A stretch of 63,555 nucleotides of DNA, the filler included, from Salisapilia sapeloensis CBS 127946 (lineage: Eukaryota > Protista > Oomycota): the NCBI GenBank assembly GCA_023334545.1. It is 7 parts of 7 records of this genome, joined end to end, with 100 filler letters (N's around TTAATTAATTAA, not from the genome) between each part and the next. Parts side by side here need not be neighbours in the genome. Positions count along the whole stretch, not along the records: positions 21,018 to 39,131 come from JAADVB010000324.1; positions 39,232 to 56,678 come from JAADVB010000340.1; 5 more parts are not named here. One strand, 5' to 3'. Made by a program: the position numbers and the translations under genes. Positions 33,806 through 45,071 of this stretch are shown here, one piece after another. Below the pieces are notes generated by a model that saw only the letters and a program-made list of their open reading frames with translations, had not been told where the DNA came from and made no database searches. Each line of letters opens with the position of its first letter. Position 1 is the first letter of the stretch.

Positions 33806-35659
33806 ATGATCCAACCGGAAACTTCTCGTCTCCGCCGTCGCTCCTTTTACGAAGATACAGAGTCCGATTCAGAGACTACACCCATGAACACTGATACGGG
33901 CACATTCATTTCCATCCCGGACAATAGCGGGAACAACTCGACAGATCAAGAGTCCAACCCTCGTGCGCTCATCGTCTGGTGGCGGCTGCTTAAAACGTAC
34001 GTTCGCCGTCAATGGCAACTTTTCCCGAGACATCTGAGGACATCCTGGAGGTCATTTTGTCCATACCTGGATCTCGCGTGGGGTCTAGTAAGCTTTCGAC
34101 GATACCGAACGATCAAACATTGGGGCTACGCGACCCACTGGCTTTCGATGACGACGCTTTGTCTATTATTTATGCAATTGATCCTATTCTGGTACTTTCA
34201 GGAAGAGTTCTTTGACCTACAAGTTCGAGAGTGCGTATTCCAGCCAGGATTGCTCATCGGCTTCCCGAGTGCGCATGTTGGCGTCGACCCGACCATGTCG
34301 CATGAGCTGTACAAGGTAAAGAACGCAGCGTCATCACCTGTGGACCGCGTACTGGCGCGTCGCTTCGATCGGCAACATGTCGTGGCTTCAACGCTCAACC
34401 CCATGTCTGAATGGACGTGTGTGTCTCTAGTGGCAGAAGAGGAAGTCAAAGCCACTGAATTGTCCCGCTTGCTGCCTCGAAGTCGAATAGTTGACCCAGT
34501 CACTGCAGAGTCTTTATCAACGAGACTCGTATGGAATGTGGGTACCTGGACACGCACAAATCCTCTGATTGTATCTGCCGCAAGTGTTCCGTGGACGTTA
34601 TCAAAACAGGAGATCTTCCAAGTAGGTTTCCCTGACATCGTGATGGCGAATTCCGAGTTTCAGTTGCGGCAGTTACAAAAGCTACGTACCCACTTGACGG
34701 AGATGGGGGAAGAAACGCTGCGAGATCACGGGGGTGAGGACGAGACGAGTGTTGCTGATGCGAACAAGGAAACCAAAGCGTCGTCAAAAGTCGCTGACTT
34801 TGCAGTGTACCTGCTCCGATCGATGAGGAAGGACATTTATCAGCGGAAAATTCGAAAGCAGTGGGATGCTGTGCTACATGTTGCTGTTCTGTCGGAAACG
34901 GAGATCGAGAGCGATCCACATGATCCCGATCCGCAGTTCACGAAAGAGTTGCTGACGTTGTGGCTACAGCACCCGACATGGCCTACTTTGTACGTCCGCT
35001 TCGAGCGGTCGTTGCCGTTGTGCAATTCTCTACTCAAGTGGACACAAGCATTCCATAACGAAAAGGCACAGTCGGCCGATGTTCAAGCGGACCCATCTCG
35101 TCCCCAGCCGACGGCCCTACCTCGAAACATCGACTTCACATGTGATACACAGGCCAACTCCGAGGACGCTGTCAATCTGCTGAAGAATCAGATCGGCATC
35201 CATGCATTTATGGCTCCGAAAGCCAACGCGTTAGAGTATCAGGACCGAGTGCTGGACACCTTGTCTGCCGGAGCGTTCGCCATCACGTATGCGTCTCCAG
35301 TCATGCAAGAGTGGGTGCCTAGTCGAGACGGTATTCTTGCCGGGACCTTCCACGTCGTGGACGCGACGGAGGACAATCTGCTGGGCGGCGTTGATGTTCA
35401 CATGAGCTCCAGCGACGTGGAGAAAGCATTGCAAGTAGCACTCGAGCTGGATCCGGTGCATCTCGTCACTGCCGGTCGGAACGCCCGTGCGCAGTATCTA
35501 AAGCTGAGGACACACTTCATGTCGGCCATGGCTGCGTTCCACTTGGGCATTTGTGATCATGAAGAAACCGTTCAGACAGATTTGGCGGAGAAGACAACGG
35601 TCGGACACCGGAGAGAGCGGACGGTCGACATGGCTCCGCTGCGAGCGTTCTTGTATTAA
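33806..35659 (+). CDS. Membrane-anchored protein, possibly a divergent GT-B glycosyltransferase
   Basis: TM WLSMTTLCLLFMQLILFWYF; C-terminal IGIHAFMAPKANALEYQDRVLDTLSAGAFAITY weakly recalls a GT-B donor-binding region. The ORF is solid, the function weak. Confidence 0.55.
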   Translation: MIQPETSRLRRRSFYEDTESDSETTPMNTDTGTFISIPDNSGNNSTDQESNPRALIVWWRLLKTYVRRQWQLFPRHLRTSWRSFCPYLDLAWGLVSFRRYRTIKHWGYATHWLSMTTLCLLFMQLILFWYFQEEFFDLQVRECVFQPGLLIGFPSAHVGVDPTMSHELYKVKNAASSPVDRVLARRFDRQHVVASTLNPMSEWTCVSLVAEEEVKATELSRLLPRSRIVDPVTAESLSTRLVWNVGTWTRTNPLIVSAASVPWTLSKQEIFQVGFPDIVMANSEFQLRQLQKLRTHLTEMGEETLRDHGGEDETSVADANKETKASSKVADFAVYLLRSMRKDIYQRKIRKQWDAVLHVAVLSETEIESDPHDPDPQFTKELLTLWLQHPTWPTLYVRFERSLPLCNSLLKWTQAFHNEKAQSADVQADPSRPQPTALPRNIDFTCDTQANSEDAVNLLKNQIGIHAFMAPKANALEYQDRVLDTLSAGAFAITYASPVMQEWVPSRDGILAGTFHVVDATEDNLLGGVDVHMSSSDVEKALQVALELDPVHLVTAGRNARAQYLKLRTHFMSAMAAFHLGICDHEETVQTDLAEKTTVGHRRERTVDMAPLRAFLY

Positions 35660-35727
35660 GTTCGATTGTTGTGTTTTTCATCAGCTCCCTCGTCCCAGTT
35701 GAGAAAAGTTACGGGAGATAAAAAAGC

Positions 35728-36069
35728 ATGAAGTTCTCTCTACGTTTCCCAAAGGTGCCGGTGGTGCCGGTGGATGCAGCATCAAAGACTGGGGGCAAGT
35801 GGATCGACTACTTGAGAACGAAGGATCCGGAGATTGTTCCGCTTCTGGCATGCGATGCCATTGGCGTAGGACTAATTGGCTCGACGGGTGTCTATCAACT
35901 CTGTGCGAATCCGGAAGTGAACTTGCGACGTCGTCGTCGAGAGACGCCTACAGTCAATCGACTGGAAAAGGCCGAGGGAGAGGCGTACATGGCCCATCGT
36001 CGTGGCATGGCGACTTTGGTGCCGAATCCGATTAACATGCATCCGTCGTTTGAGCACACTCGTAGTTAA
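35728..36069 (+). CDS. NDUFA4/B12D (MLRQ-like) small mitochondrial membrane protein
   Basis: DPEIVPLLACDAIGVGLIG...LCANPEVNL pattern of the B12D family; 113 aa. Confidence 0.7.
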   Translation: MKFSLRFPKVPVVPVDAASKTGGKWIDYLRTKDPEIVPLLACDAIGVGLIGSTGVYQLCANPEVNLRRRRRETPTVNRLEKAEGEAYMAHRRGMATLVPNPINMHPSFEHTRS

Positions 36070-36743
36070 AGATGGAAATGAACGTTTAAGTTGGATGTAT
36101 GTCGTGTCTACCTTGCAAATTCTGCATCTTTTGGTCGTTACTTGGCGCGAAGGAGATGGATTGGCGGTACTCAAAACATCGTCGAAGAAACTTGATTGAG
36201 AAGGATCTATATGCTGCACTTGGTATATGTATGAGCCGATTGACAGATCATGATGCTTTCCTTCCAACTATACTTGCTTATGATATCGTCTGCCAAGGTT
36301 CGGTGAAAGCACTCTTGGCGAAGCCGAAATCGATCATGAAGTGATGCAGCTGCTATAAAGTACACTGCTTGTCCTTATACTTGTACAATACAATATCTTA
36401 TTTGAGTATTTGCGTGTAAGAGCAGTCAGGAGGGTGAATCTACATTTGGTTTCGTATGTCCTCCTACTTATCTGGCCCAAATGTCCTAAAGTAAATGGAA
36501 TTCAGGCACAATCCCAGGATCTTGCGTAAGTATGAATCAAGCGAGGATCTTTATGATTGTGGATTGTAAGGAATCCGTGGGTAGAAGGTTGAATTTCCGT
36601 CTTTCGGACCAAGGATTGCCCATTTGATTTCTACAATTGGTTGATACATTTATACGCGTGGTGAGCATCCTTGCATCAAAAGCCCATTCAGAGATTTATA
36701 CTTGACCCCAAAGTCCAGCGCGGAAACTGTTACAATTCGTGAA

Positions 36744-38835
36744 ATGAGCCAAAAGCTGCTGAGTCTACAGCTCTTGGCGTTGCTTGCTTGTCTCTTCGCC
36801 CAGGTGACATTCGGGATGCACGAAGCAAAAGAGAGTAGTCAAGGAGAGGAGTCAATGGACTGGGAAACGTTAAGGAAGAAGCAATCGGAAATGGATCCTG
36901 CAGACGTATTGAAAGTATGGGAAAAGCTTATGGAAGAAAAGAGTTACGAGCAACCTGAGGGTGTGGCGTACGTTCATGTGCTTGGTGTTTTAGAGATAAG
37001 TATGGTTCATAACGATGTCTACGTTTAATATAGCTCGCTGGATCGTAGGGCACTGCCAACGCTCAACGCCGATGACTACAAGCACGTCACTACCATGTAC
37101 ATCGTTGTACGATCCGTTTAAATCGTGAAGGACTAACTTCCTTGGCGATTGATATGAATAGAATGTCACGGAACGTTCCGTTGGAGAATACGACTGGAGT
37201 GTTTCATGGTCTCAAGGAGCTGTAAGCTGCCTCCTTTGTATAAACACATAGATTCAACATGACTGCTCATTCGTCTACAGCACCTTGGACCAAGCAAAAG
37301 TTAAGACGATTGATGGCGACAACTTTCCGGACCTCACCAAGCTGTATCTATCATGTACAAAGAATGCAAACTAAGACTGACGAATATTGCACGGGTAGAT
37401 CCATGAAGCACGGTGAGCTGGAAAAGATAAACGGCACCTGGAATTCTCTTGAGGAGATGTATGATGACTGCTATAGGCTTTATATGGAAACTTGACCTGA
37501 TATTTGCTTTGCCGCAGAGACGTTATTTGGAATCAAATCGAGAACGTCGACGTGAAAATGCCAAAGCTAAGAGAAGCGTATGCTGTATGATGATAGAGGA
37601 GAAAGACATGATTTGATTTTGCGTTAATAGGAAATTTGGATTCAATAAGATCCAAGTATTTCGAGGTACCTTTCCAGAGCTGAAGGAACTGTACGCACGA
37701 GTCTATGTATCGAATGCCAGATACTTTACTTACGGGGTATTTGGATATTCTAGGTCTGCTCCCAACAACAGCATTTTCAGCGACGAAGATAAATTCAAGC
37801 TACGCGATTGCAAATGTCTGGAAAAAGTGTACATACACTGCTGTTTCTACCGTAGCAGTACCTCTTCTCACGATGATGTCTTTTGGATAGTGACCTGAAC
37901 TACAACAGTATGACAGAGATAGGTGATTATCACGCCGCCAGCATGGAAAGTGTCAAAGACTTGTACGTCACTACAATACCAGTAGAACGGTCAACTAGCT
38001 CATGATATGTCAATGTTATTGTGTGTAGAAGGGTTGCTCACAACAAACTGAAACGTTGGAAAGGGATGTGGCCGAACCTTGTCGATGTGTACGTATCTAG
38101 CTTCAACAGCGGCTATGAGTCCATTAACAAGACTGACTTGTGTTTAAACAGAGACATGAGCTGGAACGACCTGAAAAAAATGGATCCGTATATCCCGAAG
38201 ATCCAGAAGATGTATGTATTTTACTTTAGCACATACGCGTTGCTTTCGAAGTGTTGTTGAGTCTAAAGTCCGTGTAGTTCCCTGGCGCATAATTATCTTG
38301 TTGGCTATCGCTTTTTCCCTTGGCCGAGGAAGGATACCAACAAGCTCGTGCTGAACGAACTCTATCACCTGTACGTCTTTGAATGCATCGCACGCTTCAT
38401 ATTTTGACATAACTATGCTCGTAGGGATCTGTCTTTCAATGGGGATAGATACCTTACCGCGGAGGATGAAGAGTTTTACCAAAAACTGTTCATTAAAGAT
38501 ACCGATAAGTTGAAATACCTGTACAGTATTTGAAAAGATTCGCACATTTGGGTGCGCTGTCGGGTACTAGATGCTAATTTATACATATTCTCCACTAGAA
38601 ATCTCGAGGATACGCCTTCCAGAGACGGCGATGCTAACGTTGTTGTGAGCGAATTGAAGAACCAACATTCGTACATCTCCATGACGGGATGGTATTCATT
38701 GTACTCATTTTAGCTATTTTTCCATTAACAATTTATATGCAACTTTCTACATGTAGTATTCTTCTAGATGGCGAGGACCACTGCAAAGATAAAGCCAAAT
38801 TTTTGTTCCATGGCGATGTTCATGTAACAAAATAG
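36744..38835 (+). CDS. Secreted leucine-rich-repeat protein, 15 exons, 405 aa
   Basis: Exons 36744-36967, 37034-37096, 37162-37221, 37281-37343, 37399-37458, 37518-37577, 37631-37690, 37754-37828, 37891-37962, 38029-38088, 38152-38211, 38278-38370, 38425-38520, 38599-38691, 38757-38835 give a stop-free 1218-nt CDS; signal peptide MSQKLLSLQLLALLACLFAQVTFG; repeats such as LRVAHNKLKRWKGMWPNLVDV. First and last junctions least certain. Confidence 0.88.
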
Positions 38836-39131
38836 ATTTCCTGGACTTAGACATTTGAATGAGTGCATAAGACACTGCTGCTCTTTTGCTCTACCACGCG
38901 TAGATTCAACGCTCGTTGCCTTCTTAACTTTCCAAACTTTACTCGATCAATTTCCATTCTACTCGATCGTCTTCCCGACTTTGCTCTTTCGCATCTTGGT
39001 GTCAGTTTTATCCTGAACTAGAGTTTGTCTTCTCCAGGTTTCCAAACACGTTTCTTATTGTTAGTTCATAGGAAGTAGAAATCTGAAGGAAAACATCTAG
39101 CTAGATTTGTCCAGGCACCGGGGTTTCCAGC

Positions 39132-39231
39132 NNNNNNNNNNNNNNNNNNNNNNNNNNNNNNNNNNNNNNNNNNNNTTAATTAATTAANNNNNNNNNNNNN
39201 NNNNNNNNNNNNNNNNNNNNNNNNNNNNNNN
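39132..39231. other. Artificial contig linker
   Basis: 44N-TTAATTAATTAA-44N. Confidence 0.98.
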
Positions 39232-40745
39232 GCTCGAACTGTTTTCGAGAGAAACATACAAGCTCCACTGATGCAGTGTCTCACGCAGTCCTGGACACAT
39301 CCAAGTGTCCACTGTGTCAGCTATCATCATCGGCCTTTCTGTGCCTCCAGTGCGACCTCCATTTCTGCAAGACGTGCTTTGATAGCGTACATTCTGTCGG
39401 AAAGACCAAGACGCATGAAAGGATGTGTCTTGAAAACGCCCCTGGATCGTCCTTGGTCAAAGGTGGATGGTCCAAAGATTTCCAGAAGCAAGTCCACTCC
39501 ACCGTCAGTCGAAAGGCAGCTGGCGAAAAATCCTATGCGGATGTATCTCAGACGACGCATGCAGGACAAAAGCGACCTCGTCCAACGGAGAAGGAAGTTA
39601 TTCTGATCGATGACTCGGATGACGAAGAGCCTCCATCGACCATCCCCAAGATTTCTGCTGGGCAGACTCACTCGACGATCCGTCCATCTTCTAGCAACTC
39701 TGCCCCTGCATATTTACAGCCGATTAACCCCGTAGTTTTCAGTGATGCTGCAACTGGCCTGGCGTCCGAGCCTCTGATGTCGACAGTCGGAACGGCATAT
39801 CCGGACATTGGATTCTCAGCAGAGTCTTCGTCCGTCAGTCGTCCGGTCTTTTATGAACCTAGAAACTCTGTATCATCAAACACGTCAACGTCATCCCGAG
39901 GCTCTACACCCATAGGCTCTGGCGAAATGGCTTCCAGCAACTTGACGCCTCGTATGGTTTCGTTCGGATTGGATGAAGACGCGCTGGATGAAGTTTGCTA
40001 CAAGAATTATTTGAAAGAGAATTTTGAAGTCGTTCGGATTGAAGGACAAATGCGGAAGCTGAATGCGGATATGCTACAGGCCTCGTCCGTCGACATGTCG
40101 ATGGCGAGAGGAATACAGGCCAAGCTTTACGAAATACGACGACAACTGCAGACGTATCTTGAAAAAAGACAATTGGCGTTGGTAAATCTCGTGCTCCAAG
40201 TACCAGTGCTCATGGAGAAAGTGAAGCAGCTCCGGCTGTCCATGCTGGGAGATATCCCGCAGGTAGTCGCACAGGCCCACTGGAAGGGATTGCAACTGGC
40301 CAAGCAGGTCATTCTGGTGAAACGGCAGCGTCAGGAACTCCAGCGGCAGCTGACGCAGACGATGGAGATGATCAGCAATGACTATCCCGACCTGTTCCAC
40401 GAACGAGTCTCGTACTACAACTTACAGCTGCAGACGGCAGATCAGTCTATCTCCAGACTCAAGACCTTGAGAGATGATGAAGCAGTGCGAGTTGTGCAGT
40501 ACTCGGAACAGATACGGGAGTTGCTAAAGGCTGAGTTCCGGCGTCATTCGCCAAGAACGCAGCAGAGAAGTGGAGTCCCGTGGCCCGCGACTCCATTGGT
40601 GACACAGACCAACTCGGAGGCGATGGCCATGCCGACGAGTTTCCAGACGGAGAACAACTACAGTACGACGTCGAGTGCGAATGTGGACATGGCGAACGCA
40701 GCGATCACCCAGCAGATTGAGCGCATCTGGCAGGCGCTACGCTAG
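39232..40745 (+). CDS. B-box zinc-finger protein with C-terminal coiled coil, 5'-truncated by gap
   Basis: Frame open from the gap; CPLCQLSSSAFLCLQCDLHFCKTCFDSVH...H is B-box-like; helical Q/L-rich C-terminal half. Confidence 0.75.
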
Positions 40746-40813
40746 GTCTTCTGTAAACGCCGGAACAAGTATTTATCGAGTTTGCAATTTCTATTCATAC
40801 TTCATTCTTTCGA

Positions 40814-41181
40814 TCATCCGTGCTTGAAGACGAGGAAGCCAATGTGGCCGATGTAAAAGTAGAGCATCCTGTAGACCAGCGTCTAGTCAATCAAGGGTCA
40901 AGCACAATAGTAAACAGCACATACTTTTTCACTTCGTGCGAGACAAAGGAGCCAAAGGACTTGCCGACGATGACGTGCCACGCGCCGCCTTGCGCTTGCT
41001 CCACCTCCATCTTGACCTGCTGGGCAATGTCTGAAAAGTACGGCTTTTCACCCTTGTAGAGGGACTTGAGGGCATTGGTGGCGCTCGTCACGATCATCTC
41101 CTGGACGTCGCTCGGGGCGTCTTTGTAGACCACTCGAACCGCTCCCACCACGACATCCTCCTTCTTCTGTGGTCTGGACAT
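40814..41181 (-). CDS. Dynein light chain (LC8/LC4 family), 2 exons
   Basis: DIAQQVK...GGAWHVIVGKSFGSFVSHEVK spliced to MLYFYIGHIGFLVFKHG-stop. Confidence 0.9.
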
Positions 41182-41250
41182 GGACAACTGCAGTAAAGCG
41201 ACCTTCTACTCTATAGACGTTACGTTTGGTACATGGCGCTGTATTTGAAG

Positions 41251-41904
41251 TTAGACGTAGGCACTGTAAGTTGGCATCAGGTCTGACTTTTTCGAGTCAA
41301 GACACGGTACGCTCAGCCACGCATAGTATGAAGCTACGCCACCGAGGATGTGGGTGCAGCCTTTCAAAACGCCCAAGGCGTGCTCATCATCCGAGCCAAA
41401 GTACATCGGGAGGAAGCCGGTGAGGGCTGCGAAGGCGGCTGCAATGACGGCGTTCTTGGCATAGTCCATCCGGATCGGAGCCATATTCCTGTCTTGGGAT
41501 AGAACGCGTCTGTAGATAGCGCCTAGGACGTAGCAAGTGACGAGAATAGCTTCGTACAGCGTGTTGTCCCATCCATCCTTACTCTTGGTCAGCCAAGCGC
41601 AGGCAAAGGCTAGATATCGCAGAATAATGTTGTTGTTTTCATCCGGAAAGCCCATCAGGTGGACACATATCAGCAAGAAGTATGTCAAGGACAAGACGTC
41701 CGAGATAAAGTGCCACTGGAGCTCTTTTAGAAAGACCGACGAATGGCCCACTTCCGCAATGTTGAAGCAGAACAAGATAAAAAGCTGGAAGACGCCAATG
41801 AAGAGCTCAAAATGACGACGATTCTGGCTCATTAGTTGTAGCGCGGGAAAGAATGAGACATTCGAAAGAGCCAAGAATACGAAGCGGCCTATCTCTACTA
41901 TCAT
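41251..41904 (-). CDS. Multi-pass membrane protein of the TMEM8/PGAP6 (DUF3522, CREST) type
   Basis: LALSNVSFFPAL start, FE..IG.F, LQWHFISDVLS, about 7 hydrophobic segments. Confidence 0.65.
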   Translation of the reverse strand: MIVEIGRFVFLALSNVSFFPALQLMSQNRRHFELFIGVFQLFILFCFNIAEVGHSSVFLKELQWHFISDVLSLTYFLLICVHLMGFPDENNNIILRYLAFACAWLTKSKDGWDNTLYEAILVTCYVLGAIYRRVLSQDRNMAPIRMDYAKNAVIAAAFAALTGFLPMYFGSDDEHALGVLKGCTHILGGVASYYAWLSVPCLDSKKSDLMPTYSAYV

Positions 41905-42066
41905 CCTCGCAGTCGCCCAAAGGGATAGATTGTGCGTTTCCTATTGACCAACATACAAAGGGCAAGTCAAACATGCTATCCAATTTAACGAGTTTATTTG
42001 GTTAGTTTCAACTTGTTTCGAAAAATTTCTCAAATCCCGATCAACGTATTTGAAGCAAAGAATCAC

Positions 42067-43071
42067 ATGGGAGACGGAGCTGCTTCTGGCATTCGCATGG
42101 ACGGTCGCGCTACGAGCACAGACATTCAGGAAACAGAGCTCAAGCCACGTTGCGCTGCATTCCATTCCGCTCACGGACGTCCAGTAGGACTTGCAGTCGT
42201 TGTCGTCGGTGACCGGAAAGACTCTGCGACGTATGTCCGGATGAAGCAAAAGGCATGTGCTGACGTCGGCATTCACTCTGAAAAGTACCAAATCGATGTT
42301 CCTAGTGAAGCTCTAGAGTATGGAGAGTCTACTCCGAACGTAGCTCAGGAACAAGTCATCGACACTTTGATGAAAACCATCCAAGACCTCAACGCCCGAT
42401 CGGATATTGATGGTATCATCGTCCAGCTACCTCTGCCTTCCTTCTGTGACGAAGCGAAGGCGCTCAAGTCCGTCGACCCGTCCAAAGACGTTGATGGTCT
42501 GCACCCTGACTCTCACGCAGCTCTCTTCCACTTCGCCACCACCAAAGCTACATCTGGCAAGAGCGATGCACTGGAACGAGAGCTACCGACATTTAGTGTA
42601 CCATGCACTCCTGCAGGTTGCTTGGCTTTGCTGGATCATTACAACATCTCGTTGGAAGGTAAAAACGTCGTCGTGCTTGGTCGAAGTAAGATCGTCGGTC
42701 TGCCAGTCAGTCTCCTGTGTCTTCAGAAGAATGCCACTGTCACCATGTGCCATTCACGCACGGCAGACTTGGAAGCCAAAGTGAAGGCAGCGGATGTCGT
42801 GATCGCTGCAATGGGAAAGCCGCAGTTTGTCAAAAAAGAATGGATTCAGCCTGGAGCGGCTGTTGTCGACGTCGGGATCAATCCGATCGAAGATTCCACC
42901 AAGAAAAACGGATACAGACTGGTCGGAGACGTCGATTACGAAGGTGTCAAGAGTGTAGCTGGAGCTGCCTCTCCAGTTCCGGGAGGCATCGGTCCGATGA
43001 CCGTCGTCATGCTCCTTCGGAACACTGTCGACAGCGCCTACCGTCGTCTCCAGCAGCCGAGTCTAGCCTAG
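42067..43071 (+). CDS. folD: Bifunctional methylene-THF dehydrogenase/cyclohydrolase
   Basis: YVRMKQKAC, GIIVQLPLP, KDVDGLHP, PCTPAGC, VVLGRSKIVGLP, VTMCHSRT, VVDVGIN, PVPGGIGPMTV. Confidence 0.96.
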   Translation: MGDGAASGIRMDGRATSTDIQETELKPRCAAFHSAHGRPVGLAVVVVGDRKDSATYVRMKQKACADVGIHSEKYQIDVPSEALEYGESTPNVAQEQVIDTLMKTIQDLNARSDIDGIIVQLPLPSFCDEAKALKSVDPSKDVDGLHPDSHAALFHFATTKATSGKSDALERELPTFSVPCTPAGCLALLDHYNISLEGKNVVVLGRSKIVGLPVSLLCLQKNATVTMCHSRTADLEAKVKAADVVIAAMGKPQFVKKEWIQPGAAVVDVGINPIEDSTKKNGYRLVGDVDYEGVKSVAGAASPVPGGIGPMTVVMLLRNTVDSAYRRLQQPSLA

Positions 43072-43199
43072 ACTCGCCTTGGACAATTTTGTCATCTCGC
43101 AGCAATTGCCCCGAGACTATGCAACGACTGATGGATTTTGATGAACAGTAAAACCGAATCAGAACGCTCTTGAATTGAAAATAAAAACAAAACAACATC

Positions 43200-44537
43200 T
43201 CACTCTTCCTTGCTCGCTTCCTCTGGCGTAAAGACTTCGCTCTCCCAATGCAAAATCGCCGCCAATAGATCATGGGCTCGGTCGCTCAGCACCGCATCGT
43301 CCTTTTCGGCATTCAGATCACAGAAACCGAGGAAGCGTGCTTTCCATGTCGATGGGTTCTCCAAATTTACCGTGAACCTCCATCCAAAGCATTCTCGCCC
43401 TTGCTTCAAGCCCGTCGCCGCTTCCTGTGGGGTCGGAATGGAGGTGAGACCGACATAGTAGCCACTAGCGTCGTGGTATCGAAAAGCAATGGACACCATC
43501 TCGCGGTGGTTCTCCAACGGCAATATACTGACGATGCGCTGGGTAGCGACGATGTTCTTCAACCCAGTAGGCTCCACTCGCATCGAAGAGGTTTCCATGA
43601 ATAGCTCTTTGCACTTTTCCGGGTCCGTCAAGCGGTCCCAGCATGAATTGGCAACCGTCAGGACATTGCTGCCCTCGATCGGACGCTGGATCTTAAAGTG
43701 CAAGCGCTGGTTCTTTGCCCAAAAGTTGGCTTTCCATCCCATCGTGTAGACGCGGTTGTTGGCGGCCTGAGGCTGTGGAGCAAAGTAGTGGAGCTGACGG
43801 ACGGCGGCGTCCATCGTCTGGCTGCACATGTATGGGGCGACCAGGAGAGGCACCTGGGGCAGAGGAGGAGGGGGTGTGTGGTATTTTGATACGAAGGCAG
43901 CTCGGCGTAGAGCAAACTGGATAAGCTTCGAGTAGCCATCCTTTTGCAAAAGCTCTTTCTTCTGGTCATTCACCTGCGCTCGTAGCGCTAGGACCCGCTC
44001 CTTTTCGCTCTGAAAACTTGTCTGGAGATCCCGTTCGCCCATGTCGCTGTAATTTGGGCGCTGATTTCCCCCTTGGGCAGACAGCAACTCGATCTGGCTT
44101 TTCACCTCCTTTATCCGATGGTCCAGGAACTGCTCCTCTTCCTTTTGTTTCTTTCGACGTCGACAAGATGCATCTCGCACTTGCTTCCGACGCCGATCTC
44201 TCCTCATGGCCTCGCCATAGTCGGTATTCGACTCCGAGTTCATGTCGATCGTCTCGATCGTCATGTCCTGTGGAAAGTTAGGGTAGTTGGGGCCAGTAGC
44301 CATCGGGTTTGCAGCGTGTTGGGAAGACAAAAAGTTGTTGGTGCGAGGGGTGATAGGACTTAGCGACCCGATGAACTGATCCATAAATTGGACGTCCGGG
44401 TCTGGCGCAAAGACACGTTGGTTGGGATCAAACTGCATCGTGTTCGCGTTGGTCGTGGCCGGTGGACCGTTCTCATGACGACCTTGTGGCACGAAGTTGC
44501 CGTGGGCGTCGTAATTAGGATGAATATTAATATTCAT
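43200..44537 (-). CDS. Val-type bZIP transcription factor with C-terminal START/Bet v1-like domain (paralog 1)
   Basis: RRKQVRDASCRRRKKQKEEEQFLDHRI basic/zipper; C-terminal MGWKANFWA...WDRLTDPEKC...REMVSIAFR...GRECFGWRF...FLGFCD aligns with 45072-46742; ATG 44537 tentative. Confidence 0.8.
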   Translation of the reverse strand: MNINIHPNYDAHGNFVPQGRHENGPPATTNANTMQFDPNQRVFAPDPDVQFMDQFIGSLSPITPRTNNFLSSQHAANPMATGPNYPNFPQDMTIETIDMNSESNTDYGEAMRRDRRRKQVRDASCRRRKKQKEEEQFLDHRIKEVKSQIELLSAQGGNQRPNYSDMGERDLQTSFQSEKERVLALRAQVNDQKKELLQKDGYSKLIQFALRRAAFVSKYHTPPPPLPQVPLLVAPYMCSQTMDAAVRQLHYFAPQPQAANNRVYTMGWKANFWAKNQRLHFKIQRPIEGSNVLTVANSCWDRLTDPEKCKELFMETSSMRVEPTGLKNIVATQRIVSILPLENHREMVSIAFRYHDASGYYVGLTSIPTPQEAATGLKQGRECFGWRFTVNLENPSTWKARFLGFCDLNAEKDDAVLSDRAHDLLAAILHWESEVFTPEEASKEE

Positions 44538-45071
44538 CCCTCGAGGAGGTACTTCTGGTGGAGGGCGCGGATTGAGAAATGAGCAGTGGAGGCGATGGGT
44601 CTCGCTCCAGATGTGGAAGGCCGACCAATATTCTGACTTTCCGACGGATGACACCAGGGATGATCAAGCTGTTCGAAAGCTTCGACGTGGTTTACTAGTC
44701 CCAGTCAAGCTGTCACGCAGATCATTCCCAGACTAGGTACGTGTGTGTCCAGAGTCTGTACAACGAATCGAATGTGTCGCCACCCAGAGAACATTCTAGC
44801 CTCTAGTCGGCAGCGGAACGTAAAGCAGTCATAAATGGTGGAACTCGGGTGGAAGAATAGATGCTTTCGAACGGAGCAGCAATTGGTCCTTGGTTTGGAA
44901 AAACAGGTACGCAACTCTTGGCCGGATCTATCGTCAGCCTGTCACTCGCTCCCTCCGAACTTGAAGTCGTCCTCGACATCTTTTCAGGATCGGCCTGCCA
45001 ATTTCGGAAAAGCCAGACCGCATACTCAAGTCAAGGTTGCAACCTTCTGGAAGAATTGACTTGACCCGACT

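Noticed and set aside
38425-38520. Apparent frameshift in LRR exon 13
   Set aside because: Recounting the GGGG run gives a 96-nt exon that reads through as DLSFNGDRYL...KLKYL with phase preserved.
482-43071. Two folate C1 dehydrogenases (MTD1 and folD) in one window
   Set aside because: They lie on different contigs, so their proximity is an artefact of concatenation.
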